Origin: Felis catus
Taxonomy: Eukaryota
Length of the DNA stretch: 64,000 nt
Direction: 5' to 3'
NCBI RefSeq assembly: GCF_018350175.1
Contig: NC_058368.1
Span: forward strand, 25,360,001 to 25,424,000
The translations under genes were made by a program, and so were the position numbers. This document shows, in pieces, positions 1-11,030 of this stretch (position 1 is its first letter; each line of letters begins with the position of its first letter). The notes under the pieces were generated by a model. The model worked only from the letters and a program-made list of their open reading frames with translations. It made no database searches and had not been told where the DNA came from.

Positions 1-1630
1 AGGTTTTTCTTTCCCCTTCTGCCTTGGATCTGCAAGCCATCCTTTGGAGAGCACGGCTAACAGTTGGGCCAAACGTGCCTATAATAGGTACATGATTATG
101 TCTGGGCAATGGGATGGGGCAGACAGATGGCAAAGATACTTCCTTCTGAAGTGAAAGAGCTGTAAGAGAAAGTGACGGCGTGCAGGAAAAAACCAGGAAG
201 TACGGAGGTCCAGGAAGGTGGAAGGGCTCAAACCCACGTCAAGAGGAGAGAGAGGAAAGTGACACAGGGAAAATGATGCGTGGGTGACGGGGTGGGGCCC
301 ATGTCATGAAGGAAAGCCAGTCCTTGTGCGGCTGGAGTACAGAACACTAAGGACTCCCAAGGAGGCAAGACACAAAAAAGAATCTGCTCTCAGCCCGGGG
401 CAGGAGCCAGCCACCCACTTGTTGGAGAAACACAGACATTCAAGGCAAAAAACAAGCCAAAACGCTGGCTGTGTAGGGCTGAGGGCCAGTGGGAACAGCA
501 GAGGTGAGAGCAGGCATCGATAATGCGATTCCTCCGGGTCCGGGACTGTGCATCCCTGTCCCAGATTTCCTGTAAAGATGCAGACGTCCAGCCTTATCAG
601 GATCCCTGTCTGCATTCTTAACAACATCCCCAGAGGATTCATAGGCACAGGAATATTGGAGAACCAGAGAACCTCAAGTGGAGGATAAATTTCACGGGGG
701 CTAGGTTCCTCTTTTTAAAGCATTGGTAAGTTATGGGATTGTTCAACCCCCGCGGGCCAGAAACAGCATTTTACATGGCAAGGCCCTTCTCAACAAATAA
801 GACTTTGAACCGAATATGGAGGGAAAACACCCAGATAAATCCTTGAAACCTATTACGACGGAGAGTGGCAGTCTGATACTGAAGGAATGCTAACGGCACA
901 AGAAATGCCTCATGACGTATATAAGGAAGTGTTCCGAGGGAGGACCAGAAAGGCTATTGATGGCCTCAGCTGTCTACCTACCCAGGCACAGAGCAGGATC
1001 GTGAAGAACTGCAGAAGTTCTAACACAGAGCATTATGCCCATGGCTGTAAAAATCCTCAAGACTTAGTGCCTGGCACATAGTAAGCCTGTGTGAGCATAC
1101 TGTAAATATTTGTTAAATCCTTGCAAAATTGTTGTTGAATCCTCACCTGATTCAGGGCCAGATATGGTGATAGGAGGGTGTATCCTACTCCCCAAAAAAA
1201 GTCTTGGTAGGAAGGGGGCCCCGTATAGAAAGATGTGTATACAAAGAGATACTGTCCGTATAGGAATGTGGGTGGGGATAAACAGAGGGAGGAAGGGCTG
1301 TCAGTGGAGTTTATCTCAAGCCACCTGGCCGGATGGGGGAAGACGGTTGGAAAACTCCCCAAAGTGCAGACCAGTGCCGTTTCCTCCAGTAGACTCAGAT
1401 TTTGAAAGATCACACGCAGAGGCTAAAAAGATGAGAAGGTTACCTGTGATAAAGGTAGGAAAATGGCTCAAACTTAAGAATAGTGGCAGGAGGGCTGAAG
1501 CCCAGGACAAACTTATTCTTCCCAAAAAGTCATTGCTGTCACCATCCCCCTCACCACCACCATCATCATCATTATCATGCAGGCAGCCACAAAAAAAAAA
1601 AGAGGGTCCTTTTACAATATGATTAGGGTT

Positions 1631-1862
1631 GGGCGCCTGGGTGGCTCAGTCAGTTAAGCCTCCAACTTCGGCTCAGGTCATGATCTCACAGCTTGTGAGC
1701 TCGAGCCCCGCGTCGGGCTCTGTGCTGACGGCTCAGAGCCTGGAGCCTGCTTCGGATTCTGGGTCTCCCTCTCTCTCTGCCCTTCCCCCACTTGCGCTCT
1801 TTCTCTCTCTCTCTCTCACAAAAATAAATAAACGTTAAAGATTTTTTAGAAATAAATAAAAT
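1631..1862 (+). mobile_element. Carnivore SINE (SINEC_Fc2-like)
   Basis: gggcgcctgggtggctcagtc head, (CT)n, AATAAA tail. Confidence 0.9.
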
Positions 1863-2013
1863 ATGATTGGGGCAAGAAGAAGATCAAGGTAAACAGGGAC
1901 ACCGTTTATAGTGCAATTCGGAGGAACGAGTCAGAGGAAGTCAGGTCCTTTGCTATTTAATTTTGACTTCTCTAAGAAGGAAGAGTGATCTCTGGATTGA
2001 AATAGATGCAACA

Positions 2014-2239
2014 GGGGCGCCTGGGTGGTGCAGTCGGTTAAGCGTCCGACTTCAGCCAGGTCACGATCTCGCGGTCCGTGAGTTCGAGCCCCGCGTCGGG
2101 CTCTGGGCTGATGGCTCGGAGCCTGGAGCCTGTTTCTGATTCTGTGTCTCCCTCTCTCTCTGCCCCTCCCCCGTTCATGCTCTGTCTCTCTCTGTCCCAA
2201 AAATAAATTAAAAAACGTTGAAAAAAAGAAAAAAGAAAA
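2014..2239 (+). mobile_element. SINEC_Fc-like SINE
   Basis: Full consensus; TSD gaaatagatgcaaca. Confidence 0.93.
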
Positions 2240-2254
2240 GAAATAGATGCAACA

Positions 2255-3400
2255 AAATTAGGCAAGAAATAGCAGAAACCAAAGGCTGGTGAAAAGATCA
2301 GAAGGGAATGATAACTCCGTGTCCTGACCGGGATAAAACATACACCAGAATATCTATAGAGCGAGAGTGGCTTAATCACATGCATGGTTTTTGAGGAAAT
2401 GGGAAATGAGTCTGTGCGACCAACCCGGGGCAAAAATACTGAGAGCAAAATGGTCACAAGAAACCAGCATAGGCTAAGGACAAATCAAGGTCCCTTCTTG
2501 ACGAAGTTAGTAGATCGGGGGAACTGTGGTAACCCAGTAGGCCCACATTCCACAAGGGGGTTCATTTGCAAAGCCTTCCTGCTATTCCGTGGACGAGATG
2601 GAGAAATGTCAGGTGGACGCTAATGGAAGATGATAGAATGAGAACTGTCGAATAACCACCCAGAGATACTGTTTAAGGATCAGAGTCAACCCAGTTTCTA
2701 GTGGGGAGCCACAGGGCTCGGGACATTTTAGCACAGACCTGGATACGGACGGAGGAGGAATATTTATATTTGCAGACGACCTGAAGCTGTTGGTTGATGG
2801 GGATAATGCAATCAGATTCTAAACAATCCTGACAGGCGGAAACATTGACCCGGGACTAGCTGCATAAAGTCCAGCGCTAACTTAGAGCGGATCCTGCTTT
2901 GAAGCCCACAGAAATGGTAGAATGGGAAAGTACAAGGTGGGGAAGGCCTGTTTGGGGTAGACACTTTACTCATCCACAAGTTTAAGAAGTCAGTGGTATG
3001 ACTGATGTGAGTGCTGGAAAAGTTAGCGTAACCAAATACAGTTAAAAGATGATACAAACGGAAATCAGTCCTGCTTTGGCCAGCCCCGGGACAGCTGTTC
3101 AGCGTGAGGACTGCCACACCGCATGAGAGTTGGACGCAGACTCGGAGGAGAGAGCGGCGTTAGACTCAGAGGCTGCGTCATCCGCAGACGTGTTGGCACC
3201 AAGGGGGTGGCAAGCCTGGAAGACGCGTGGCTCTGAGAGAGGATAACTGCCTTCAAGCATCGATGCTCTCCGCACAAGGACGAGGTCTGACTCTGCCTGT
3301 GCGCTGAAGGGCTAGAGTAGGACCGCCTTCGGGGAAATACGTTCAAAAAAAAAAAAAAAAAAGATCGCTAACAGAGCTATGCCACAGTGGGATGAGTTTT
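2255..3400 (+). mobile_element. Ancient L3/CR1 LINE relic (resumes after 4737)
   Basis: Degenerate CR1-like RT motifs (aaccagcatagg..., gtagatcgggggaa..., tttgcagacgac) and CR1-like 3' end. Confidence 0.55.
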
Positions 3401-3404
3401 CTTC

Positions 3405-4719
3405 CTTTTTATATGATTTTTTTACATTTTTTAAAAATTTTTTTTTAACGTTTATTTTTTTTTGAGACAGAGAGAGACAGAGCATGAACGGGGGCTGGTC
3501 AGAGAGAGAGAGGGAGGCACAGAATCCGAAACAGGCTCCAGGCCCTGAGCTGTCCACACAGAGCCCAACGCGGGGCTCGAACTCGCAGACTGCGAGATCG
3601 TGACCTGAGCCGAAGTCGGACGCTTCACCGACTGAGCCACCCAGGCGCCCCTATTTTTTTATATTTTTTTTTCTTAATTTTTTTTTCAACGTTTATTTAT
3701 TTTGGGGACAGAGAGAGACAGAGCATGAACGGGGGAGGGGCAGAGAGAGAGGGAGACACAGAATCGGAAGCAGTCTCCAGGCTCCGAGCCATCAGCCCAG
3801 AGCCTGACGCGGGGCTCGAACTCCCGGACCGCGAGATCGTGACCTGGCTGAAGTCGGCCGCTTAACCGACTGCGCCACCCAGGCGCCCCTATTTTTTTAT
3901 ATTTTTAATGACGTTGAATTTATTACTAGTTTCCTTTATAAGTTACAATTTTTATCTTGTTGAAGGAGTTCTTCAACTCAAAAACAACAAAGTTCTTCTC
4001 CAGTATTTTCTCTTTTTTTCCCTTCTTTGAATGAATATAACTTATTGTCAAATTGACTTACCTACAACACCCAGTGCTCATCCCAACAAGTGCCCTCCCC
4101 AATGCCCATCACCCATTTCCCCCTCTCTCACCCACTACCCCATCAACCCTCAGTTTGTTCTCTGTATTTAAGACTCTCTACTGGTTTGCCTCCCTCCCTC
4201 TCTGTTTGTAACTATTTCCCCCTTCCCTTCCCCCATGCTCTTCTGTTCAGTTTCTCAAGATCCACATATGAGCGAAAATATATATCTGTCTTTCTCTGAC
4301 TGACTTATTTCACTTAGCATAAAACCCTCCAGTTCCATCCATGTTGCTGCAAATGGCAGGACTTCATTCTTTCTCATTGCCAAGTAGTATTCCATTGCTT
4401 ATATAAACCGCACCTTCTTTATCCATTCGTCAGCTGATGGCCATTTGGGCTCTTTCCATAATTTGGCTACTGTTGAAAGCGCTGCTGTAAACATCGGGAG
4501 CGGCTAAAAGGAACAAACCAGGAAACTACAGACGCTGACGAGGACGCGGAGAAATGGGAACCCTCTTGCACTGCTGGTGGGAATGCAAACTGGTGCAGCC
4601 GCTCTGGAAACCAGTGTGGAGGTTCCTCAGAAAGTTAAAAATAGAACTACCCTACGACCCAGCAATAGCACTGCTAGGAATTTACCCAAGCGCCACAGGA
4701 GTGCTGATGCACGGGGGCA
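3405..4719 (-). mobile_element. 5'-truncated carnivore L1 with inverted 5' segment and 3' transduction; two SINEs inserted in its tail
   Basis: L1 3' end on - strand 4013-4500; adjacent L1 sequence inverted at 4501-4719; TSD tgggatgagt(t/c)ttcttc at 3388-3404 and 4720-4736. Confidence 0.85.
3425..3889 (-). mobile_element. Two tandem SINEC elements (~3425-3651, ~3666-3889) inside an L1 poly(A) tail
   Basis: Two reverse-complement SINE bodies each ending ccaggcgcccc. Confidence 0.92.
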
Positions 4720-5568
4720 TGGGATGAGTCTTCTTCAAAGCTGGAGAGGTCCTTGACTGCAGAGGGCTCAGCCTCAGCTAAAGGACTGATAGTCACAGAT
4801 GCTGCACGGGTGCGGGAGGCTTGCGTCCTGACCCCTTGGCCCAGGCTCGAATCCTGACACCCCCGGGGGCAGGCGGAGCAGTTTGCCTCTGCTTTTTGAC
4901 CACTGGCCTGCTAGTCTCTGCTGTGCACACATAGGACTTACATACAGGACGTGTGTGCGCGCATGCACGGGTGTAGGGATAGGAAGAGGGAGAGGTGGGG
5001 AGGGCACAGAAAGGAATAGGGACTACAAGACCCCGCCAGACATAAAATAACGATAACCAAGAACTTACAAAAGTCCTCAGAAAATACAGTAGCCTCCCAT
5101 TGCGTATCTTAGCGGATCGTACTAGATAGCCCCCTTGTGTCCCCGCCAGCTCCCATCGAACACGCCTCAGAGAGCACCAGGAGGGCAGACATGCCCACTT
5201 CCCATAGTGACACGCATACCCCATACATTTCCACACGGCTTTGGAGCGACCTGGAGCTCCAAAATCTCCCGCCATACTGTTCTGTCTATCCTGAGGATCC
5301 TAACTGGCCCTGCGGTGACCAGAGGAGAAGGCCACAGAGGGGCTACGTGTCCCGACCCCTGGTTCACCGCAGTCCTGGATAAGTTGGCAGAACTAAAGAG
5401 GAGGACGAAAGGCAGGGGTGCATCTAGTGCCCTCCAATCTGCTCGTCCCCTCTCGCGATCAGCCTTGGGCATCGAGGAAGAACTTCGGGCCCTAAATGTC
5501 TAATATGGATCCCTCGGAAAGTGGGAGTTTAAAATCGCTAACGGCCACCTTCTTCTGTCTCTCAACAG

Positions 5569-5640
5569 CACCTGCAAAATCAAAATCAAAACTAAAACTC
5601 TCCACAACCACACGAACCACTGCGAAGTCAGATTTGGAAG
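5569..5640 (+). CDS. ERICH6B: ERICH6B internal coding exon (72 nt, phase 1-1): PAKSKSKLKLSTTTRTTAKSDLE
   Basis: Pyrimidine tract plus caacag acceptor at 5567-68; GAAG|gtattt donor; open frame; loosely resembles recalled human [20 protein letters not shown]; phase fits next exon. Confidence 0.65.
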
Positions 5641-5669
5641 GTATTTAAATCTTATGATCTTATGATGAT

Positions 5670-5908
5670 TTTATTTTATTTTTTTTTAATTTTTGTTTTA
5701 ATGTTTATTTATTTTTGAGACAGAGAGAGAGAGAGAGAGAGCATGAACGGGGGAGGGGCAGAGAGAGAGGGAGACACAGAATCGGAAGCAGGCTCCAGGC
5801 TCTGAGCCATCAGCCCAGAGCCCGACGCGGGGCTCAAACTCACGGACCGTGAGATCGTGACCTGAGCTGAAGTCGGACGCTTAACCGACTGAGCCACCCA
5901 GGCGCCCC
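5670..5908 (-). mobile_element. SINEC element just downstream of an ERICH6B donor
   Basis: TSD gatcttatgatgatttta. Confidence 0.92.
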
Positions 5909-6693
5909 GATCTTATGATGATTTTAAATGACTTGTAGAAGTTAACAAATCCATCCACAAGAAGGTAAGAATAACAGGATGAGCGTGCCCCCGGCCAAAG
6001 AGAGACCTCCTTTGACCTTTTAGGATACAGCGATCTTACCTAAGGCCAGTGGCCAAGGCATTATTTCTAGGGCTTGGTGCCAGGCTCAGGGACCAAGGAA
6101 GAAACGGAGCCAAAGGGTAAAGTGCTTTTAAATTTGAATGAGAATTGAATTTTGAAAAGGGAGGTGAGGGTATTTACCACTGGAATTGGAAGGAAAGGTA
6201 ATAGGTTACCCTTACTCAGTTTCTTCTGTGACATTTACCGTATACCTACCGACACTTAATTGTTCACCTACTGCGTACTGGGCAGGATATAAGATGGACA
6301 AAACCATCACAACCTCTGACAGACAGTGGCCACGCTTGCAGTGAACGTAGCAGAGCATATAGAGTTGTTGAATCGCTACGTTGTGCACCTGTTCCTCCAG
6401 GAGCTCAGTGTGCCCGTGAAAAGAAAAAAATGACACCTTCTCAGAATTTAAATTCTGGTGGGGGGGATGAAGTGTGAACAGAGGGAGGGGAATCACTATT
6501 TGTCGAACGTAAGCAACAGGCCTCAAACTGCCAAAGACTGTGGAAGCCACTTACCCCAAAACCCACGATCTCCACTCTGGTCTCCCCCAGCTATTTAGGA
6601 CGTGCTTTTTAAACCGATTCCCTCAAGGACCCAAAGGTCCAGACAAGTTCACCATACCACATCCTATCAATAATTGCTGCTACTCTTTTTCAG

Positions 6694-6732
6694 TGTGTGC
6701 TACCCCTGACGTGGCTCACGAGGAGGAAAGTG
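6694..6732 (+). CDS. ERICH6B: ERICH6B small coding exon (39 nt, phase 1-1): (V)CATPDVAHEEES
   Basis: Strong acceptor (tactctttttcag) and donor (G|gtaagc); keeps frame between flanking exons; weak similarity to recalled human VNTKVQQKKEEN. Confidence 0.6.
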
Positions 6733-7514
6733 GTAAGCGCCCGGCATAACTTGTCCAAAGATCCCTGCTCCCCGCAGAGTGTCCTGGGCTGCGGGGTGGT
6801 GCCCCGGGAGGGTCGGTCCCTTGCTGGTCCAGCTTGCACCAAGTCCTCGAGAGGACCCGGGGCCGTGCTGGGCACCCGGCCTCTGAACTTGGATGGGCTT
6901 CCGTGTCCTTTCCTGAAGAGGAGGAATAGAATGAGAAACAGAGAGAGGGTCTCTGGAGCAAGACGGAATGACCTGGGAGAGAAGTTCATCCCTTACTCAG
7001 GAGCCCCACATTTCAAGAGGGTCTAGCTGGCTGCCGGCTTCCCCGAGGGCTGGACAGCAGGGCTTGACAAGGAAGCGAGGGCCCGTCCAAATAGACATAT
7101 CCAATGGCACCTTGGTAGGGAATAAATTGGAGCCCCCACAAATGGTGCCTTGAAACACGTTCGTTCTTCATTAAGGAGGGCTTAGTTGAATCCTATGAAG
7201 GGGAAAGACAGGAGGGAATCCTGATGGTGGCAAAATCCCCACTGACACCTCCCACCCTCACCCCCAAAGCAAAAGCCCCACAATTAACCAGGCCCATCCT
7301 ATTAGAAACAATTTAGGGACTACAGTATCTTGTCTTTCAACGTGGTAGGGGCTGAGGGGGAGATTAAGTCTGGGACACACAGGTGGCTTATCAAACAAAC
7401 TCTCAGACTCTAGACAATGTATCCCACCCACTACCCAACCCCCCCCCCCCAGAAGGGTACCGATCAATAGAATTGTCTTCATCTTAATCCATTTCCAGGG
7501 AGGGTTTGGAGCTG

Positions 7515-7665
7515 TGCCGCTCAAACTTTAATGGACAGAACGATCACTGAGGATCTTGTTAAAATGCAGATTCCGGCTCAGTAGGTCTGAGGTCCTGTAT
7601 TTCTCACAAGCTCCCAGCAGCAGCTACTGCTACTAATCCATGGGCCCCACTTCGAGGAGCAAGGT
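7515..7665. mobile_element. MER5-like hAT-Charlie MITE
   Basis: cttgttaaaatgcagattccggctcagtaggtctg...caagctcccag motif. Confidence 0.7.
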
Positions 7666-8936
7666 TTGAGAACAGCTTATAGGCTTGTGCCCTTAGCAAT
7701 CACCAGACGAGCCAATCCCTCAACCCACCTGTCGAGAATAAGAAGGAACTTACTACAGGAAAGGTCGAGGAGGTGAAGGCAGGACAAAGTTGCTTCTGTT
7801 GCCTGTTTATCAGCAGAGCTAGGTTGCCCATTGCTGGCCCCACGGCTGGCCCCACGGCTCATCCTTCACTGCTTCCTCTCTCCCTTTCCTCATCCACGAT
7901 GAGGGGATCAGCCCTGCAGGGGCGGCTCAAACATCTCTCCCGAATTCGGGAACTATGGTTCCGGCAGGAAAAGCCATTAGAAGAGAGGCACCGATTGGAT
8001 GGAGAAAAAATTAAGATCTGTGCTTAACCGGCTCCAGAGAGGACACAGTCTACTTTAGGGAATCCTGTGTGCCTGGCACCTACCAACGTCAGCCCCGCTC
8101 CTCTGTGCTGCCCTGAAGACGAGCCTGACACAGAAGAGGGGACCAGAGAGCCAAGGGGCTGGGTGACAGCTTGCAAGTAGCCCGTAGGGCCACCGCTCAA
8201 GGGCCTGACACTTCCCCCGCCCCCACCAACCCTCCCATAGGGCCTCACAGGGGAAGATGAGCAGCTCACCAGAACAAAGGTAGAGGTAGACAGAAATCCC
8301 CAAAGGGAAAGTTAATTAGGCATTAGGCATGAAGCTTTGCCTTGTCGTTCAGCCCCAGTTGTGGCTGTTGGCGCACAACTGCTGAGCTTGTCTTGACATG
8401 GAGACAGCGCCCGTTGACGTTAGTACGGTTAATTATTGTGTTGAATCGAAGCCTTCAGAAGGCTGTCGTTCGGCATCCAGGACTGCCAAGCCACCTTCTT
8501 CCCGCGATAAACACCTAGTTTTGTTTCCCTCAAAGGAGTTCATTTGCATTATTCCATAAAGCCTATTCAAATGGGGAATCACAAATGATGGGGACTTGCT
8601 AAGCTATCTGGGCCAGAGCCAGGCTCTCACTCTCGATCTAGGGCGGGCGCATACTCGAAGAATCTTCCACGGGAGGCACCTCCTGCCACTCCGTCTCTCC
8701 AGACGCGTTCTCCCAGGTCCTCCACATCCGGTCTCCAGTGACCACCACAAGGAGCCTCCCCCTCAGAGCTTGCTGGAACTCCCATGGATTGTTGCTGGGT
8801 GTTCCCGAATGGCTTTTCAAAACGTTTCTCGGCCGTTTCCGTGTTTCTGGGGGATACAAGGTGTTTCTGGAATCGAGCAGAGAGGCCCCCGGGCCTGGTG
8901 TCGGTCCAGCTGAGTGGGGGCTCTCTATCCCAACAG

Positions 8937-8975
8937 AGTTTTTATTACTGAACCAAAACTGGGAAGAAGTGCAAG
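8937..8975 (+). CDS. Candidate additional 39-nt phase 1-1 cassette exon: (E)FLLLNQNWEEVQ
   Basis: ctctctatcccaacag acceptor, AAG|gtaaac donor, no stop, frame-preserving; no homology support. Confidence 0.3.
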
Positions 8976-9509
8976 GTAAACGCGTGCAGAGATCACGGAG
9001 AATCTTCTCCATCCCCAAAGAGACACAAAATCGGACACAATAAGTCAGCCCTGCACCAACCTGGTGGATTTTCAGGGCTCTCTGGGTGGGCCGGCTTCAA
9101 GGAACTGCTGTCATCCTGAAGCGGAGAAAACAGGCCCCAGTAATTTCCCTGGGGGCTCAATTACCGTCTGAGAGCCCGTCCCTGAGCGCCCCCCTCAAGA
9201 GCCACACCTTCCCGGGAGCAGGAGATGGGGCCCAAGATGTAATTATCAATTCCTTGATTCAATTTGCACCCCGTCGACACTGGAGGCTCTAAGCCCCTCT
9301 CCTGGCCCAGGCTGTACCTGACCTTGAGAACAAAGGCATTTGCTCTCTGCTTTTTATGCGCTCACAGGCTCGAGAATATATCTCTTATGCTTTAATTCGC
9401 AATTAGGAGCCGTACGTACGTCTGGAAATCGGCAATTTTTTTACAACGCTGGCAGGAGTTAGGAATATTCCTCAGGATTTCCAAGAGGAAATCACACTCA
9501 GAATAGATC

Positions 9510-9900
9510 TCTCCCAGAATAAAATCTAAAATTCTTCCCATAGCCTATAAGGTCCTCTGTGGGCTGGCCTTGTAACCCCTTCCCTGCTCCCCCATTTCCA
9601 CTCCCGCTACCTTCCATATTCACCCCTTTCCAGGTATCCTGTGCCTCTTACAGTTTGTCAGTTATGTCAGCCACACTCCCACATACTGTCACCTCAGGGC
9701 CTTTGCACCTGCTAGCCCCCTGCCAGGAATGTTCTTTTCCAACTATCTGCCTGCTTGTCCACTGCCTTACTTCATTCAGGACTCACTCAAATGTCACTGT
9801 GTCAGATGAACCTTCACCAGCCACTAGTAACACACACTTCCTAAAGTCAGCCACTGAAACTGACCCTTTTATTCCTATTTTATTAATATCCCCCAGCTGA
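9510..9900. mobile_element. L2 LINE relic
   Basis: cctcagggcctttgcac...ggaatgttcttt...tcaaatgtcac motifs. Confidence 0.65.
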
Positions 9901-10073
9901 ATTTTAGGAAATTTGATGAGTTTACCTAAAGCCTTATTGATGATGCATGCATTTTTATTTAAAAGGGCAAAATGCCGTAACTCTGTTTCCTTTTGGTTTT
10001 GGTTTTGTTTGCTCCTTGTTGTGGCTGTTTTTCCAAATGCCTTCGCTTCTGCTGTGCCCTCCAAAATCAAAAG

Positions 10074-10162
10074 CCATGGAGTTTGTTTCCAAAGAGAGCT
10101 TTTGGGACGATTTATTAAATGAACCCACGAACTCAGTGGAAACTGAGAGCTACGATAACAAG
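10074..10162 (+). CDS. ERICH6B: ERICH6B exon (89 nt): (A)MEFVSKESFWDDLLNEPTNSVETESYDNK
   Basis: aag acceptor, AAG|gtaagt donor; matches recalled human LEFASKENFWDGITDESID. Confidence 0.85.
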
Positions 10163-10609
10163 GTAAGTCAGATAAAAACTCAAGCCCACCTTCCTCCAGA
10201 TGTTGGAGCAGTGTGGCCCCAGGCCAGCGGGGCACTGCCTCTTGGTGCTGGGATTCATTGCTTCGTTCCATTGTTAGCATAGCCCAAAGGAGCTTTTCTT
10301 GAAACAGATGAAAATTTAAATGCCACACATTAAATCAAAGTGGGTCAGAAGAAAACCAAAGGTAACCCTCCATGGCCCTACTTTCAGAGCCCTATTGATA
10401 ATATAATCACATTCCAGAACCCTTTTAAAGGTGGCAAAGCCCAAAATAAAACATTCAATTTATCTAGATATCAAGGCAAATCAGTCATTGTCGAAACCTC
10501 AATAAAAATGACGTTACATTCTAGAAAGATGGAGCAGATGTACTTTTCCCACTTACTACAGCTTAAAACCCTAGACGTTATATAAAAAACAAATAGAAGA
10601 AGCCTCTGA

Positions 10610-10780
10610 AGGACTCTTAAGTGTAGAGAACAAACAGGGGGTTGCTGGAGGGGTGGTGGGAGGGGGGATGGGCTCAATGGGTGAGGGGCATTAAGGAATC
10701 TACTCCTGAAATCATTGAGGCACTATATCCTAACTTGGATGTAAATTAAAAAATAAACAAATTATTAAAAAAAAAAAAGA
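10610..10780 (+). mobile_element. Short carnivore L1 3'-end fragment
   Basis: gactcttaa...gagaacaaacag, G-rich tract, A-tail. Confidence 0.7.
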
Positions 10781-10818
10781 AAAGCTTCTCAAGGGTGGAG
10801 AAAAGAAAAGGGTGGAGA

Positions 10819-11030
10819 GGGGCACCTGGTGGTTCAGTCGGTTGAGCATCCGACCTCAGCTCAGGTCATAATCTTGCGATTCGTGGGTTCAGGCCCCGCC
10901 TCGAGCTCTGTTCTGACAGCTCAGAGCCTGGAGCCTGCTTCAGATTCTGTGTCTCCCCCTCTCTCTGCCCCTCTCCTCCTCGCTCTCTCTCTCTCTCTCA
11001 AAAATAAAATAAACATTAAAAAAAATTGAA
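10819..11030 (+). mobile_element. SINEC element
   Basis: SINE head, (CT)n and A-tail. Confidence 0.88.

Noticed and set aside
5939..5964. Possible ERICH6B exon (tag|aagttaac...aag|gtaaga)
   Set aside because: 26 nt breaks the frame, weak pyrimidine tract, and the upstream intron would be too short without the SINE
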